Shown: in pieces, positions 1 to 13,640 of the stretch
Numbering within the stretch: position 1 is the stretch's first letter
Layout: each line of letters opens with the position of its first letter
From: Chrysomallon squamiferum
Lineage: Eukaryota; Animalia; Mollusca
Assembly: GCA_012295275.1 (NCBI GenBank)
Contig: CM022672.1
Location: 1,240,001 to 1,304,000 of the forward strand
Direction of reading: 5' to 3'
Length of the DNA stretch: 64,000 bases
Made by a program: the position numbers and the translations under genes
The notes under the pieces: generated by a model
What the model saw: the letters and a program-made list of their open reading frames with translations, nothing else
What the model was told of the DNA's origin: nothing
Databases searched by the model: none

Positions 1-335
1 TCTGCGCTCAATTTATGTTTCATATTTCAGGAACAACGCAACTGAGATTTCCTACTTCCCGTTACTGCTCTTTTTTGCCTCGTAATTATTTGGTGAAATC
101 TGTTAAATTTATCTCTAATAAATCATTTACTTTTTAATTTTGTAATTTACAGCTTTGGTTTGAAAACGTAATTAAACTGTTGATATTTACATTTTTATCA
201 AACACTGATCATGTTTCCCTTCATTTATTTTTTTTTTTTCATTTTTCTTCTTCGTTTAGATAAAAACATTTTGTTCTCCAACTGCAATTACAAAGCATTT
301 TGACACTGCTATTTCATTATCAATATTTCACTTCT

Positions 336-358
336 ATAATACTACTACTACGACTTCG

Positions 359-395
<37 letters not shown>

Positions 396-650
396 ATAAT
401 AATAATAATAATAACAACAACAACGACAATTACGACAACCAAGACCACCACCACCATCACTACTACTACTACTACTACTATTATTTATACTTCTACTACT
501 ACTACTACTACTACTATTACTATTACTTCTATTGCTAGTACTACTGCTGCATCTACTCATATCAACATCATCATAATCACAACAACAGTGTTGATGATGA
601 TGATGATGATTATAATGATGATGACAGTGATAATAATAATAACAATCATA
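336..650. repeat. Compound trinucleotide low-complexity tract (ACT)n/(AAT)n/(ATG)n
   Basis: Directly visible runs; explains the poly-L/I/T/M ORFs 300..722 and 393..656. Confidence 0.95.
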
Positions 651-1218
651 AAACAAAACAAAAAAAGAATAAGAAATATGAGTACTACATGTCTGAGTAC
701 TGCAAAGTTGTTGTTTTTATAAAATGGCCGATCTTCTGATAGTCTTCTGTTACAAGATATATATACTATATTTAATCTACTGTGTTTATATTCATTGCTC
801 CATGTAGTAATCTGATAAACCCATTATATAAGTACACAGACACACAGACACACACACACACACATGTATGTATAATGACAATCACAAAACAGAACAAAAT
901 GGACCCACTCAAGTGTTAACGACCCTACGTCTTTATAACTGCGTGTGACTTTTGAACATAATGCGCACAATACACACAACTAAAGTTAGTTCAGTCTTTA
1001 GATAAGACACGTAATTATGATCTATTAACAAGTTCAAAACCATTCAGCCTAATTTGAATCGGTTATCCGTGGAGATACGTTTATTCTGTGCTATGTCGGG
1101 TGAATGATGAAAAGAATGATGGTTCAAAAGTTAATTTATTTATAAACACGTTTTTTTTGTTTGTTTTTTTCTGTGTTTCTTTTTCTTTTGTTAACATAAT
1201 ACGTCCACTGAAACACTT

Positions 1219-1684
1219 AAAATAGAGATGGACTTTTTAAGAAAACAAACAGATTTAGTTTAATATCTAAGTCATAACAGAAATTCAGTAGAGATAAAAT
1301 AGATATGTGTGTGTTAACAATATACATAGATTTATTTTAATATCTAAGTTATAGTAGATATATATGTGAGTTAAAACACATAATTTATGTGCGTTAAGAA
1401 AAAAGATATTTATTTAAATGTCTAAGTTATAACAGATATTTGCGAGTTAAAACAAATATGTATATGTTACGAAAACAAACAAGCTTATTTTAATATCTAA
1501 GTTATAACAGATATATATGTGCGTTGAACAGATGTGTACTTGTTAAAAGATACAGATTTATTTTAACATCAAAGTTATTATAAATAATAATGAGAACTGA
1601 AACAGAAATCTGCATGTTAAGAAAAGACACAGATATATTTTAACATGGGTATAACAGATATTTATCTCAGTTAAAAACAGATTT
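1219..1684. repeat. Old degenerate tandem array, about 6 units of about 76 bp
   Basis: Core TAATATCTAAGTTATAACAG-like words recur at about 1261, 1338, 1416, 1491, 1564 and 1641 (spacing 73-78 bp), each preceded by a GTTAAGAAAA...AGATTTATTT-like word. Confidence 0.85.
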
Positions 1685-2405
1685 GAACCCTGTGTACTTG
1701 AGTGTTCTTGGCTTTTAGGTTAATGGATTGAACATACCGGAGTTTTTGGAAGATTTTGTAATCTGAAACAAGACAAGATATGCGTGACTAGATTTTCACT
1801 CTTTGTTTTTATTTTTATTGCAGTGCGCTTTTATATTCACTTAAAAAAAAAAAGGATTTGTTACTTGTATTCTTGTAAAAAAAAAAACGAGAGATAATTC
1901 AGGATTTCTCTGAACGGGCTAGCCTTGTGAAAACAGAATGATATTTCTGTTAATACGTTACCTACAGTTATTTAAGCGCCTACTCGTTTTTATTTCCTCG
2001 TTAGATGTGGTCACGAATACTGGACTGCGTGGTCAAATGGTCATTACGCTTGACTAATAGTATACATCATAGCGAAATAAATAAAAATTAGTGTCAGTTG
2101 GGCTGTAAACTTAACATGTTTATTTTATAATGAATTATTTCTTAATCTATAGAAAATATCGAATAAATTTACAACTTTCATACTGTGGACCGTTCAAAGA
2201 CTTCAGTAGCTGAACGTAGTTGATTTAGGAACATGACAACAAATAAAACGAAAAAAAAAAAAAAAAAAAAAAAAGAAATTCTGATGTGGGTTGTATAACA
2301 ATGTTATAATGATTTTTTCCTTAAATATTTCTCTTAATACATTACAGATATCAAATAACTGTCTGTCTGTCTCTTTGTCTCTCTGTCTGCGTCTACCTAC
2401 CTACC

Positions 2406-2407
<2 letters not shown>

Positions 2408-2465
<58 letters not shown>
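2408..2465. repeat. (CT)n microsatellite
   Basis: Pure dinucleotide run. Confidence 0.98.
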
Positions 2466-2467
<2 letters not shown>

Positions 2468-3688
2468 GAATTTGTTTTTAAATTGCTCTTAGTACTTTGT
2501 TTTTCTGTTATTTAATAAACTTTTCCATTTCTTGTCATAGAACTAAATCGATTACTGCAATTTGACCGTCGCAGATAATAATGTTTGAGAGATCAGACTT
2601 CAAGGATCAATTTATTAACCCAAATACTTCAGTCTTTAATTTATTTTTATTTTTATTTTTTTTCTTCACTAAAAATCAGTCAATGAGGCGCACCTTATTT
2701 TTTTTATTTTATTATAATTTTTTTGTTTTGTTTTTTTTGTTTAATACAAGTGAACACTCCTTCCCATAAATATAAAGTACGTTGATTTAAAAAAATTGTT
2801 AAATGCAAAAAATATAAAGGTATAAATATACGTATGTATGAAGGCTTTGGTGGTAGACATCAGGCATATAAGATATATCAAAGAATAGGATGATGTATTG
2901 ATCGATGTTTTCGTATGATAGTTATATGTAATAAACATACAAACATACATATATACATACATAATACATACATACACAGACACACGCACTCACACACCTA
3001 CAGTGCTCAGTATGAGTTCTGTTCATATATATGTGTATGTGTGTGTGAATGTTTGTGAGTGTGTGTGCGAATGTTTGTGCGTGTGTGTGTGTGGGAGTGT
3101 AAAGAGAGAGAAATAAAATTTAAAAAACCCCAGGAAAAAAACGTATAACAAAGGAAAGAAATCATTAAAAAAAAAAAAAAAAAAACAACAAATCTTTAAT
3201 TATTAGATTCGTTAGATTTCCTGATTTCTTTTTTCACCTTCTCATCAGCGACTGAGTCCTGCGTTTAGACACAGCTGACAGCTCTTACACACACAGCTCA
3301 GAAACTCCACACAGCTGCGGTTAAGTTAATACGTTTCCGATTAATTTGGTCCACTTCAAATTACAGCATAACCCCTTAATTACGTGGCTCGGTGGAAGCT
3401 AATCCCTGGGACTTTCAGTACGATGTGGAATATCAACTAGCGGGCGTCAGAGAGATCTGAATATAATATTACTGGTTGTGTTGCTGTTACTTGCGACTTG
3501 CAATAACAAAACGTACTGGAATTCCAGCAGAAAGTTAACCAGATCAAAGAAACCGATGCCAAAAAGCGATGGGCGTATGTTTAGACGTTGATAGCATAAA
3601 CATTATCGTGTTTTGGTTGTTAACAATGACTTAACAGCTGTTTTTAAAATAGTTTTGGCGTAAAAGGTAACAGTTATATGACATTTGG

Positions 3689-3690
<2 letters not shown>

Positions 3691-3770
<80 letters not shown>
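3691..3770. repeat. (GA)40 microsatellite
   Basis: Pure run; source of the ERER ORF 3678..3881. Confidence 0.98.
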
Positions 3771-3774
<4 letters not shown>

Positions 3775-4362
3775 TGAAGTATAGAAGATCTTTTTCTGTC
3801 AGTGAAATTGTCAATTTATATCGTACAAAGTTCGAGTCAGAAAAAGACTATAGCCATTTATATATGTATTTATCTATGTAATCCTTTAGAACAAACATAA
3901 ATTTTCAGTTAGAAAGATTTTAGTATGAAAATTTTATAAAATCTTTATAGCAAATCATTTAGTGTGAAAGCGTCTTTAAGCAGATCTCGTGCACCTGACA
4001 GTAATCATCTTGCAGTAACAGTGCACATGTTACGCAGGATAATGAAGGAAATTCCAAAACTAAATCAGAATGATCTGCACGATGCATTCACAGTACACAG
4101 TTTTGATTTGTTTTCTAATCATCGCTGATTTTGTTGGTTGCATCAGGAACTGTTCAGTAAAATGTATCCCTCCTTCCAACCATTTATTTTTTATCCGTCC
4201 ATCCATCCATCCGTTCGTTTTTTCCTTCCTTCCAATTTTCTTTTCATTCATAAGACCATAACCATTTGTTAATTTTTGTTTCTTTTAATTTATCTTACAG
4301 CAGGTAAATCCGCTTATCCATTATCCTGAGAAGCAGTTACTGAATACCACACACTGACTGTC

Positions 4363-4570
<208 letters not shown>

Positions 4571-4639
4571 CCCTCCTCCTTCTGTATTTCTCTTAAAAGT
4601 CATTTGCGTCCTCTAACTCTTTCTCTAAAGAGCCGTTTT

Positions 4640-4990
4640 ATAACAGGTTAAGGCCACGCCAACAAAATGTTCCCGTTTTACACGCCACCCTCGGCACTGA
4701 GCTGCAGTCATTACGTGCTGTCAACACACGGACACAACCTCACACTTCGTCCGGTTTTCGCTGTCCCCAATCTTTCAAAGTCGCGCTGCTGCCAAGGCAT
4801 AATCAAATTTCTCCTCGAAACAATTGCCCGAAGCCCATTAAAGTTGACAGTAATCATTTAAAAGGTGGCAAATTAAGTCTAGTTTCAGGCCATTACTTTG
4901 TACCGACGGTCGTACAGCCATCTATTATCTTGGCCGTCACCGTTGTTCGCCTGACTTCATTCACTGTGCTGTCTTCCGAAATGGACACAT
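4640..4990. promoter_or_regulatory. Candidate enhancer-like island
   Basis: Higher GC and complexity than the flanks. Clusters TAAT/ATTA cores, TGACAG (4845), AACAAT (4819) and GGCCATTA (4888). Function is inferred only. Confidence 0.3.
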
Positions 4991-5227
4991 CAAACACAAC
5001 TTGAGCGCGAGAGAGAGAGGAGCCGAGAGCTGGGAAGTGGGTTAGAATAAGGGAGAGTCGTTACTGTAAGAGAATTACCGTATCTGTGGAAGTGCAGTTT
5101 CAATATATGTTTGGGTAATGGGCTGAGACGTGTAAACAAATTTGGTTTAGCCTCAAGTGAGATGTGATAAAGTTTACAGTGTAAAAGTTTAAGTCTTTCC
5201 CGTTGTTTTCGTTTTATGTAGAGTTTC

Positions 5228-5400
5228 TAACAACAACAACAACAACAATAATAATAATAATATGATGATGATAATAATAATAATAACAATAATAATAACA
5301 ATAACAATAATAATAACAACAACAATAATAATAATAATAATAATAACAATAATAATAATAATGATTATAATAATAATAATGATGATGATAACGATAATGA
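5228..5400. repeat. (AAC)n/(AAT)n/(ATG)n tract
   Basis: Visible runs. Confidence 0.95.
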
Positions 5401-5667
5401 CGGTGGCAGGTGATCTTAGTCTTTTAATCGTTGTTATTTTTGGTTCCAGTATCACAAACTGGATTCCTTGCCAGAACTAAATTGTGAATTCTACGAAACC
5501 TTTTTGTTTATTTATTGTTATCATTTCTTAATCTCTCTTCAACATTTAGTTCAAGTGCTATGACATGTTCTTGAGACAGTCTAACAGTTATTGTCAGAAA
5601 TACATTTCCAACATTTACAAGTAATTGCTTTGTTTTTACTAGACACCAACCTTTGCTAATAATAGAG

Positions 5668-5695
5668 CAACAACAACAACAACAACAACAACAGC

Positions 5696-5759
<64 letters not shown>
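5668..5759. repeat. Compound (AAC)n(AAT)n(AT)n microsatellite
   Basis: Visible runs. Confidence 0.95.
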
Positions 5760-5760
<1 letters not shown>

Positions 5761-6374
5761 CTGACACAACGCCTGACCATGTAGATAACACATAAAACAA
5801 GATTAAAAGGACTGGATGTAAAACAATGGGTGAGCTGAGATTTACTGGCAAACTTCCTAATAAACCGGGATTCAAACGTCTTTTCTACGATACAGATCAT
5901 TATTACTGCTCTTAGGATGGTCTGCGTTTATAAATTTTGAAAGGTTGGAAAGAAGCTAACCAGTGGTGTGGAAAATAAACTAATGTGGTCTTCTGCTTTG
6001 GTAACCGTTTTATTTTCACTTTGCCTAATGGTACAGTTCTGTGATCATAGCGTTTGAAAAAAAAAAAATATATATTGAGTGCTGTCACGTGACTGCCTCA
6101 GTTTTTCCATAGAAGAGGCTAAGACTTTTCTTCCGTGAAGGATTGCCAATGTAAACCTCTGGACCAGTCTAATGCGCCAGAATTACTGTGGATTATCGTC
6201 TGTCTGTTGTGATCTGAAGTTGTTCTTGCAACGCGTCATGACTAGATTTAATAACGAACTGGCGTAATTATCTTGCGTACGTTCCACCTTCCTGTCTGAG
6301 ATCCGCAGTTAAAGTGACGCTTTAGATTGCCCAGAAAAATAACACAACTTTGTTAGTGATTTTTCTTCTTCTTT

Positions 6375-6378
<4 letters not shown>

Positions 6379-6452
<74 letters not shown>
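6379..6452. repeat. (CT)n microsatellite
   Basis: Pure run. Confidence 0.98.
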
Positions 6453-6455
<3 letters not shown>

Positions 6456-7648
6456 TTCCTTTTCATTATATCTTATTTTAAATTTTTGATTCACTCTGTT
6501 CCATGCTGTTATATTGCCAATATCAGAAAAGTAAAAAAAATATAAAAAATATAGTAATAAGAAATAAATAAAAACAAAACTAAAAATAAAAATAAAATAA
6601 AATTAAATTAAATTAAATTAATAGATAAATAAATAAATAAATAAAATCTAGGCAATTCATCTCGATATATTAGGTTAATTTTATCACGAAACATTCAATT
6701 AAGTTGAAGGAACAAAAATACCAAATTCGATATCTTATTATCCAATTTAGTTTTTAATAAAGGTAATTTTCATCAAAGAATCAAATTATTGAATATGATG
6801 AACGAGTTATTACTAATTAATAATTAAGTTTCTTTTGTTTAAAACAAATCATTAAAAAGGGATGTGAATTTATATATGTCCGTGTATGTGTTTGTATGTA
6901 TGTGTCCATTGCTGTATGTATGTATGTATATATGTGTATGTATGTATGTATGTGTATGTATCTATGTATGTATGTATGTATGTATGTATCTATGTATGTA
7001 TATGTCATTATTATTTCTGGATGTCTAACCACTGTTTAAATTAAAAATGTCATCACACTAATTGCAGGCCTGAAAGTCACTGCATTCTGGTAGGGTGACC
7101 CGTTTTATCAGTCGTTAACAACTGTAGCAATAATTTCATTTCATTTTCTTTCTTTCATCTGTCGTTGCTCTGCGTATTTTACAGGGAGAACCCTTACAAA
7201 TGTATCATCTGTCAGATTTTATTTGTCTTTGTTAAAAGAGAACGTAGCTGTACATTTTCTGTATTACTGGTATAGTCAATGTCATTAAAAACAGAAGAAG
7301 CTATATTTATTTGTTCTACAAAATCATGGATCTTTGTTATTTTCACATATTTTCTATTGTATCTCATGTTTGGTTGTTGTTTTTTTGATTATTTGTATCT
7401 ATTTGTCCATACTTCCATATGTCCGTATATCTGTTTTATTAGGTTTCATTTTTATTTATTATCTGTATAATTGTCGTCCTTTCTTTTTCTGTTATGTAAT
7501 TATTCTCATTTTATATCTTTCATTGTCTGTCTGTCTGTTTATTTGTACATCTGTCCGTCTCTCTACTTGTCTGTTTGTTAAACATTTCTAAAAGAGATAT
7601 TTGAAGTGAATCTTCTCCAGAATTACAACTGAATAAAAGAATGACCGT

Positions 7649-7664
7649 AATAATAATAATAATG

Positions 7665-7715
<51 letters not shown>

Positions 7716-7968
7716 GTAATGATGATGATGATGACGATGATGATGTTAATAATAATAATCATAGTGGTAGTAGTACTAGTTGTAGTGCTAGTAGTAATAA
7801 AAGAAGTAGTAATAGAATTAGTTGTAATAAATAAATAAATAAATAAGCTATGAATAAATAAAATAACAATAATACAAACAATAATAAAATAAAATAAATT
7901 AACAATAAATATTACAAACGAAAATGAAATAAAATAAATTAACAGTAAATAACAAAGAGAGAAAATAG

Positions 7969-8002
<34 letters not shown>
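7649..8002. repeat. (AAT)n/(ATG)n/(AGT)n low-complexity tract ending in a long A run
   Basis: Visible runs; A run at about 7969-8002. Confidence 0.92.
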
Positions 8003-8006
<4 letters not shown>

Positions 8007-8171
8007 AATATAAATAGAAACTTGTCTATAATTTGATGTAATTTCCGACTTTATAGAACTGTTATCTCGTCTTTGTATTCAGGGACCGTGGAAAATATCA
8101 ATAATAGCTCAGAAACCCGTAAGTCATCACGTGACAAATTGTGAAAAAATCATAACTTATCATTATTATTA

Positions 8172-8239
<68 letters not shown>

Positions 8240-8550
8240 GTAGATAATGGAATTGATTTGATTTTCCAAACTATTTTTGCACCAATGATGGCTACAGTGT
8301 TTTTGAAATTATGGATCAGTCAGACGTTTCCTAGAAATTAATGGAAATATATTAAGAATGGAAAATGTTAAGCTTCAATAGACAGTCCGTAAATGATTAA
8401 TAAATTGAACCAGTGGCAGTGAATTGAATGGGAAATAGCGAAAGTCAGTGAACTAACAGACCAGAAATGATTAAAATTAAATTAATGTTTGAGAAACGCA
8501 AAGAACAAGAGATGGTATCCGTGCTGTCTTTTCAGTACTTATATTTATAA

Positions 8551-8612
<62 letters not shown>

Positions 8613-9419
8613 TGATGATGATGATGATGATGATGATGATAATAACATCAACAGCAACAATAATATAATTTTCTTCTTCTTCTTCTTCTTCTTCTTCTTA
8701 TTATTATTTTAAATAAATATATTGCACGTAACACAGGTTAAAGTTCATTTCATTGTGACGTCATAAACACTTAACGTCATTTGACTCGATAAAATTATGA
8801 TAGGATTCCGCTTTAAACGTGTGTTCTTCTGTGGGATGTTCATCCATCAGTCTTTCTGATTTGAACATGTAAGTATTAAATTTTATTATTTCGATTTTTG
8901 TCTTGAAACAACATCTGAAAAATCATCAGTGAAATAGTAATTCATTTCTTAAAGTAATCCTATTGTCTGATGTGGAATTTAGAATAGTGTGCTGAAGGAA
9001 ACACAAAATACGACATTCAGCAAATAATATAAAACCCAGGGCTTGTATTATTATGTTGAATAAATTTGGAATCCTATGTTTCTACTACGTATTATATGAC
9101 AAATAGCTTCATTTCATACATGCACTCTTTAGTTTTTACAAAAAAAAAAAAAAATAATAATACTGATGGTGATGATGATTTTGATGATAATGAAAGCTGA
9201 TATTACTACGACTACTATTACTGCTACTACTACTACTACTACTACTACTGCTACAACTATGTAATGAAATTAAAATATAATGACAGTAATAACGACATCA
9301 CTGACAACAAAAATAACGGTAACAACAATAATAATTACAACAATATAATAATAATAAAATATAAATCATAGTAAAACAAATCAGCAACAACGATATATCA
9401 AGCAAAAAATAAAAAATAT

Positions 9420-9548
9420 GTAAATAAATAAATAAATAAATAAAGCAACAAACAAACTAAAAACAAACAAACAAACAAACAACCAACCAACCAACCAACC
9501 AACCAACCAACCAACCAAACAAACAAACAAACAAATAAATAAATAAAC
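9420..9548. repeat. Compound tetranucleotide (AAAT)n(AAAC)n(AACC)n
   Basis: Visible runs. Confidence 0.95.
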
Positions 9549-10180
9549 GAACAAACCAGTAAGAAATAGGACTTTCCGACAAGACCAGTTATTGTATATA
9601 ATGCACGCGTTGATGAGTTGCACTCAACTTCGACCAGGCTAAAGCCATATCATTCTAAATCAGTTACCTCGATTTACTCGCAAACCTTCTCAATGTAATT
9701 TTATTTTCATCTCGTCTGTATGCGTTATTGTATGGTATAAATGATTTGTTTGCAATGCTTTCGCCTTAATGCTATTTTCGGCCTCATTGTGAGTTAGTGT
9801 ATGGCTATAAATGAACTGAGAATATAGCGGTTACGGTTCGCGAACAGTAAATTTTTTTTACAAATGGTTCTGACAAAACGAAATCGAAATGCGTTGTTTC
9901 GTCAATAACTGGCGTCCTATGGAGAACAGTATTTCGCTTTGTATCACCTCCTGCGCAGAATCTATAGCGGTTCACGTGATACAACGTGAAATCTATAAAA
10001 AAAAAATCACGTGACTGAAAGTAGCAAATCGTGTTTACCATTTTACGGATATTATTGTTTCCCGAATTAAGAAATGAAAGGGGGGGGGGGGATGTAAATA
10101 AATATAAAAAACGAACAAATGAATTAGTGAATGAAATGCTTCAAACAAAAGTGCAATGTACTTATAAAGTGTAAACCTAA

Positions 10181-10270
<90 letters not shown>

Positions 10271-10282
10271 CTTCTTCTTCTT
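10181..10282. repeat. In-phase compound (ATT)n(GTT)n(CTT)n
   Basis: Visible runs; source of the poly-L ORF 10131..10325. Confidence 0.97.
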
Positions 10283-13200
10283 CCTCTTATTTCTGTTACT
10301 ATTGCCACAATTACTGTTATTATGATTATTCGTGGTTGTCTTGTAACAGTAGAATCACAACAGTAACAACAGCAGCAACATCAGCAGCAGTTGGTAGCAG
10401 CAGTAGTTTCTGCTGCATTAGCATTAGCAGTAGCGGACCTATATTTGTGGTTCAACTGTTATGGGGGCATTTCGCAAGCAGCAGCAAGTTCTGTGTAACC
10501 ACCGTTTTTTTTTTCTTGTTCCACGAGAGATCACCATTAATGTTTTTAGATTTAACCGAGGATCTCTTGTTTGGATTGAAATGTCGAAGTAATGAGGACT
10601 AAAAGTCGCTTTCGGTGCCTGTCTGGATAAAGGACCCTGAAGCTTCAGCTTCGTTAGTTTCGTAATAAACCCGCTCTTGAGCAGTAATATTATTATTAGG
10701 AGGAGGAGAGGTTGCAGCAGAAGCAGATGATGACGATGATGTAGTTGTAGAAAAGGGCAGTATTCTTTTAGCGTGTTTAGTTATTATCCGTGTCTGATGA
10801 TGTTTCGGTACATTTTAAAACACTGTTACTAACAAACAATAATAATAAAAAAAAAACATTAAAAAACCACATTTATTTAATCAGGTTTGCAGAAAGAAAA
10901 CAACACATTGCTATTTTGGGATTGTTTACGGCTGTAATACGGTTTATTTTCGTACGAGATTAACGTGACTTACTGGTAAACATATAAGCCACGCCCACTT
11001 GACGTAAATTACTTACTGTGGACAAGCATGGCTTTATTTATAGTATATAGGATTCACATTTATTTATTAATGGCTCTTATTTTGATAACATAATCACTGA
11101 ATGAATTTCTATTTTAATTCTTTGAAATTTTATCTCTGCGAAAAATGAGCTGAGAAAAATTACGCCATACATTAAATTTGGTGTGCATTATAAAAGAAAT
11201 ACTATAATCATTCAGTAAACATTGATGAAGTGTGCGTGCATGTGTGTGTATCTGTGTGTGTGTGTGTGAGTGCGCGCGCGCGTGTGTGCAACGATGTGTT
11301 TTGGGTGGTAGTTTTGTGTTTTGGCTGGCATTTTTGTGTCAGTGAAAATCTTATTATAATACCCATCTTTTTATTTCTAAATATTAAGTTCAAAGATGGA
11401 AATAATATCGCAGTATATGAAAGGTCCATCATAACGTAGGTGCACAGTCATTAAATCAGCCAGTTAGTACTTATGCTGTTTACGGATATAACAATAATGA
11501 CGTCATTGCTTTAGAACCAAATATTTTGTTATTGGTCTACTCAGTAACAGATATTGATGATATAAAGAGAAAAACGTTTACTAAAGTTGTTTTAGTTTTT
11601 GTTTTTATAAAACCAGTTGAGGTAAAAGCCACATTACGTTCCTACGAGAACAGAATTGTGAACAGAACTGATCTCGTCACCTAGTAAGCCTCAAGCCGAC
11701 GCTTTAACCAGACGGTCGCAATTGCATCTAGCAGAGGAGTTAGGATTTTGCCGCCGAACGTCGACTTTGAAGAATCTATTACCAAGAACATAAGCCAAAG
11801 AAAACCTATTGAGAATCCGGAATTAGAATTTAGATAGACAAAACTCATGGGTACACATCACCAAGGTTACAAGTCGGCACTGAGAGGATAGAGGCGTTTC
11901 GGTTTGTTTGCCCTCAGCATTAAATCTGCAAAAATCCACGCAGGAAAGATTGATTTCTCACAGTGAAAGAAAAAACCTCACAAGTGCAAGCTTAACGGAA
12001 AGCTCCAGTCATTGTGGATCTATGGTTTCAGGATGTTCCATCTTCACTGAAAGATGTTTTCTGTGTTAGCCTCGTCAGAAACAGATCATTATAATGGATG
12101 CATTTGTCGTGCGGAGAAGGCGAACGGGAGTCTGGGGAAGAGAGGGGGGAGGAGGAGGAGGGAAAGCATGACGCATTTGCCAGGGAGGAATGAATCTGTA
12201 GAAATGTTACGTTTGCAGAGTCTATGTGGCTTCCAGGATGCAATCATTGTTAAGATTACTGAGTTCAGTCTCGAGGTGTTGTCTACTAAACATTGTGATG
12301 TAATGTTCGCCGTACTTCAGATTCGTGTCGTGTGATTATAGACGTACTTGATAGGTGTCCATAAGTAAAATATCGAACATATTAATAGGAAAAAAATTAT
12401 TTGAAAAAAGAAAAAAAAAACAAATAAATATTATTTGAACTGTTGTCTTTATTGACAATGTTTTTCTTAATAGATGTTCTTCGTATTTATCAATTAGTGA
12501 CGAAGAAAATTGTTATTACACGTACATATAGGTATTTATATATGCCCCAGAGGACAGTGGAAAATCAATAGATAAAATGATTAAAATCTGAAATTAGTGG
12601 AAAAAAAGTAACAAAAACAAAAACAAACACATATACACACTCATACACAAACACACACCCACACAAACACATATATGCACACATTCTTTTGAGATATTCC
12701 ATTAATCCTTCAGAACCTCTAATTTCAAACAGTTATTTGAATACAATTCATTTGTGATTTAACTGACTGCAAACTGAAATACATGTATTTCAATCCGGTT
12801 TTAAAAGACACCATTTTCCTCGACTGCATGGTCGTATGCAAATGTTTCGCTGACGTCTGCTTTTTCTATTGTCCCGCCTGTACATGATTTAAATATTCTA
12901 GCGTCTGCTTAAGCTTGGAAGCGTCTGAACAGAAGCATAGAAACTCATATTATAAACAGAAACGTCAGTGCTTTGGTTGTTTTCTTTTCTTTCTTTCTAT
13001 TTTTTTTCCTTCAGCATTGTAAAAGAGCGACTTGCAGACGAATGCGTTAAAGAATGACAAAGTACCAATAAAAAGTATTTCTTATTTTCACACGAATCAA
13101 AGAGCCAACGAATAATCCGCCTTTGTAAATCCAGATTCGACCCGCGCTGGAAAGATAACCTTCTCGCATAAATCATAGCCGTTCAATACAAAACTGTCGC

Positions 13201-13601
13201 AAGTTATCAAACAGGCACAACCGATCGATAAACCGCCAGTTGATCAGAATGCAAATTGACGGCAATCAGTCATCAAACATCTCCTGTGAAAAGTCAGACG
13301 CGTCTGTGCCTTAGTTTACGGATTAATAAAGCCTGTCCTTTCCACGGTAAAGGGAATGAGAATGTAGTCGGCAAATAGGCCACTGTATACGTAGCCGTTC
13401 TTCATTATATGCGTCCTTAAGAGATAAAAAAAAAAAAAATGTAGAAGACGAAAACAACAACATTTGAAAAGTGAGATATTTGTATTACCTTAATGCCGGA
13501 ATGTTGAGTGTAAGCTAACGTTAGCCGAAGAGGTGTTAGAGTCTGTAGACTATCCACTTTAAACACTGGAGCATCAGCACGCCATTAATCTCTTGTGCCA
13601 G

Positions 13602-13640
13602 AAGGCTGATTTCGTAGAGAGGCTTGATGCCGTGAATGTG
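13602..13640 (+). other. Candidate 39-nt frame-preserving internal exon (KADFVERLDAVNV)
   Basis: Acceptor ...ttaatctcttgtgccAG, donor GTG|GTAAGT, open only in phase 0. No homology recognised. Confidence 0.25.

Noticed and set aside
1785-1805. TGACTAGATTTTCACTC resembling miR-279
   Set aside because: Only the seed and part of the body match the recalled mature sequence, and there is no convincing pre-miRNA hairpin.
3345-3366. TTTGGTCCACTTCAA resembling miR-133
   Set aside because: The 3' part diverges from this highly conserved miRNA, and the seed region is unpaired in the weak upstream stem.
7969-8002. Long A/T runs (also about 2251, 29715, 35882, 49711, 62332) as retrocopy tails
   Set aside because: No target-site duplications or upstream mRNA/LINE-like body seen; they sit in A-rich low-complexity context.
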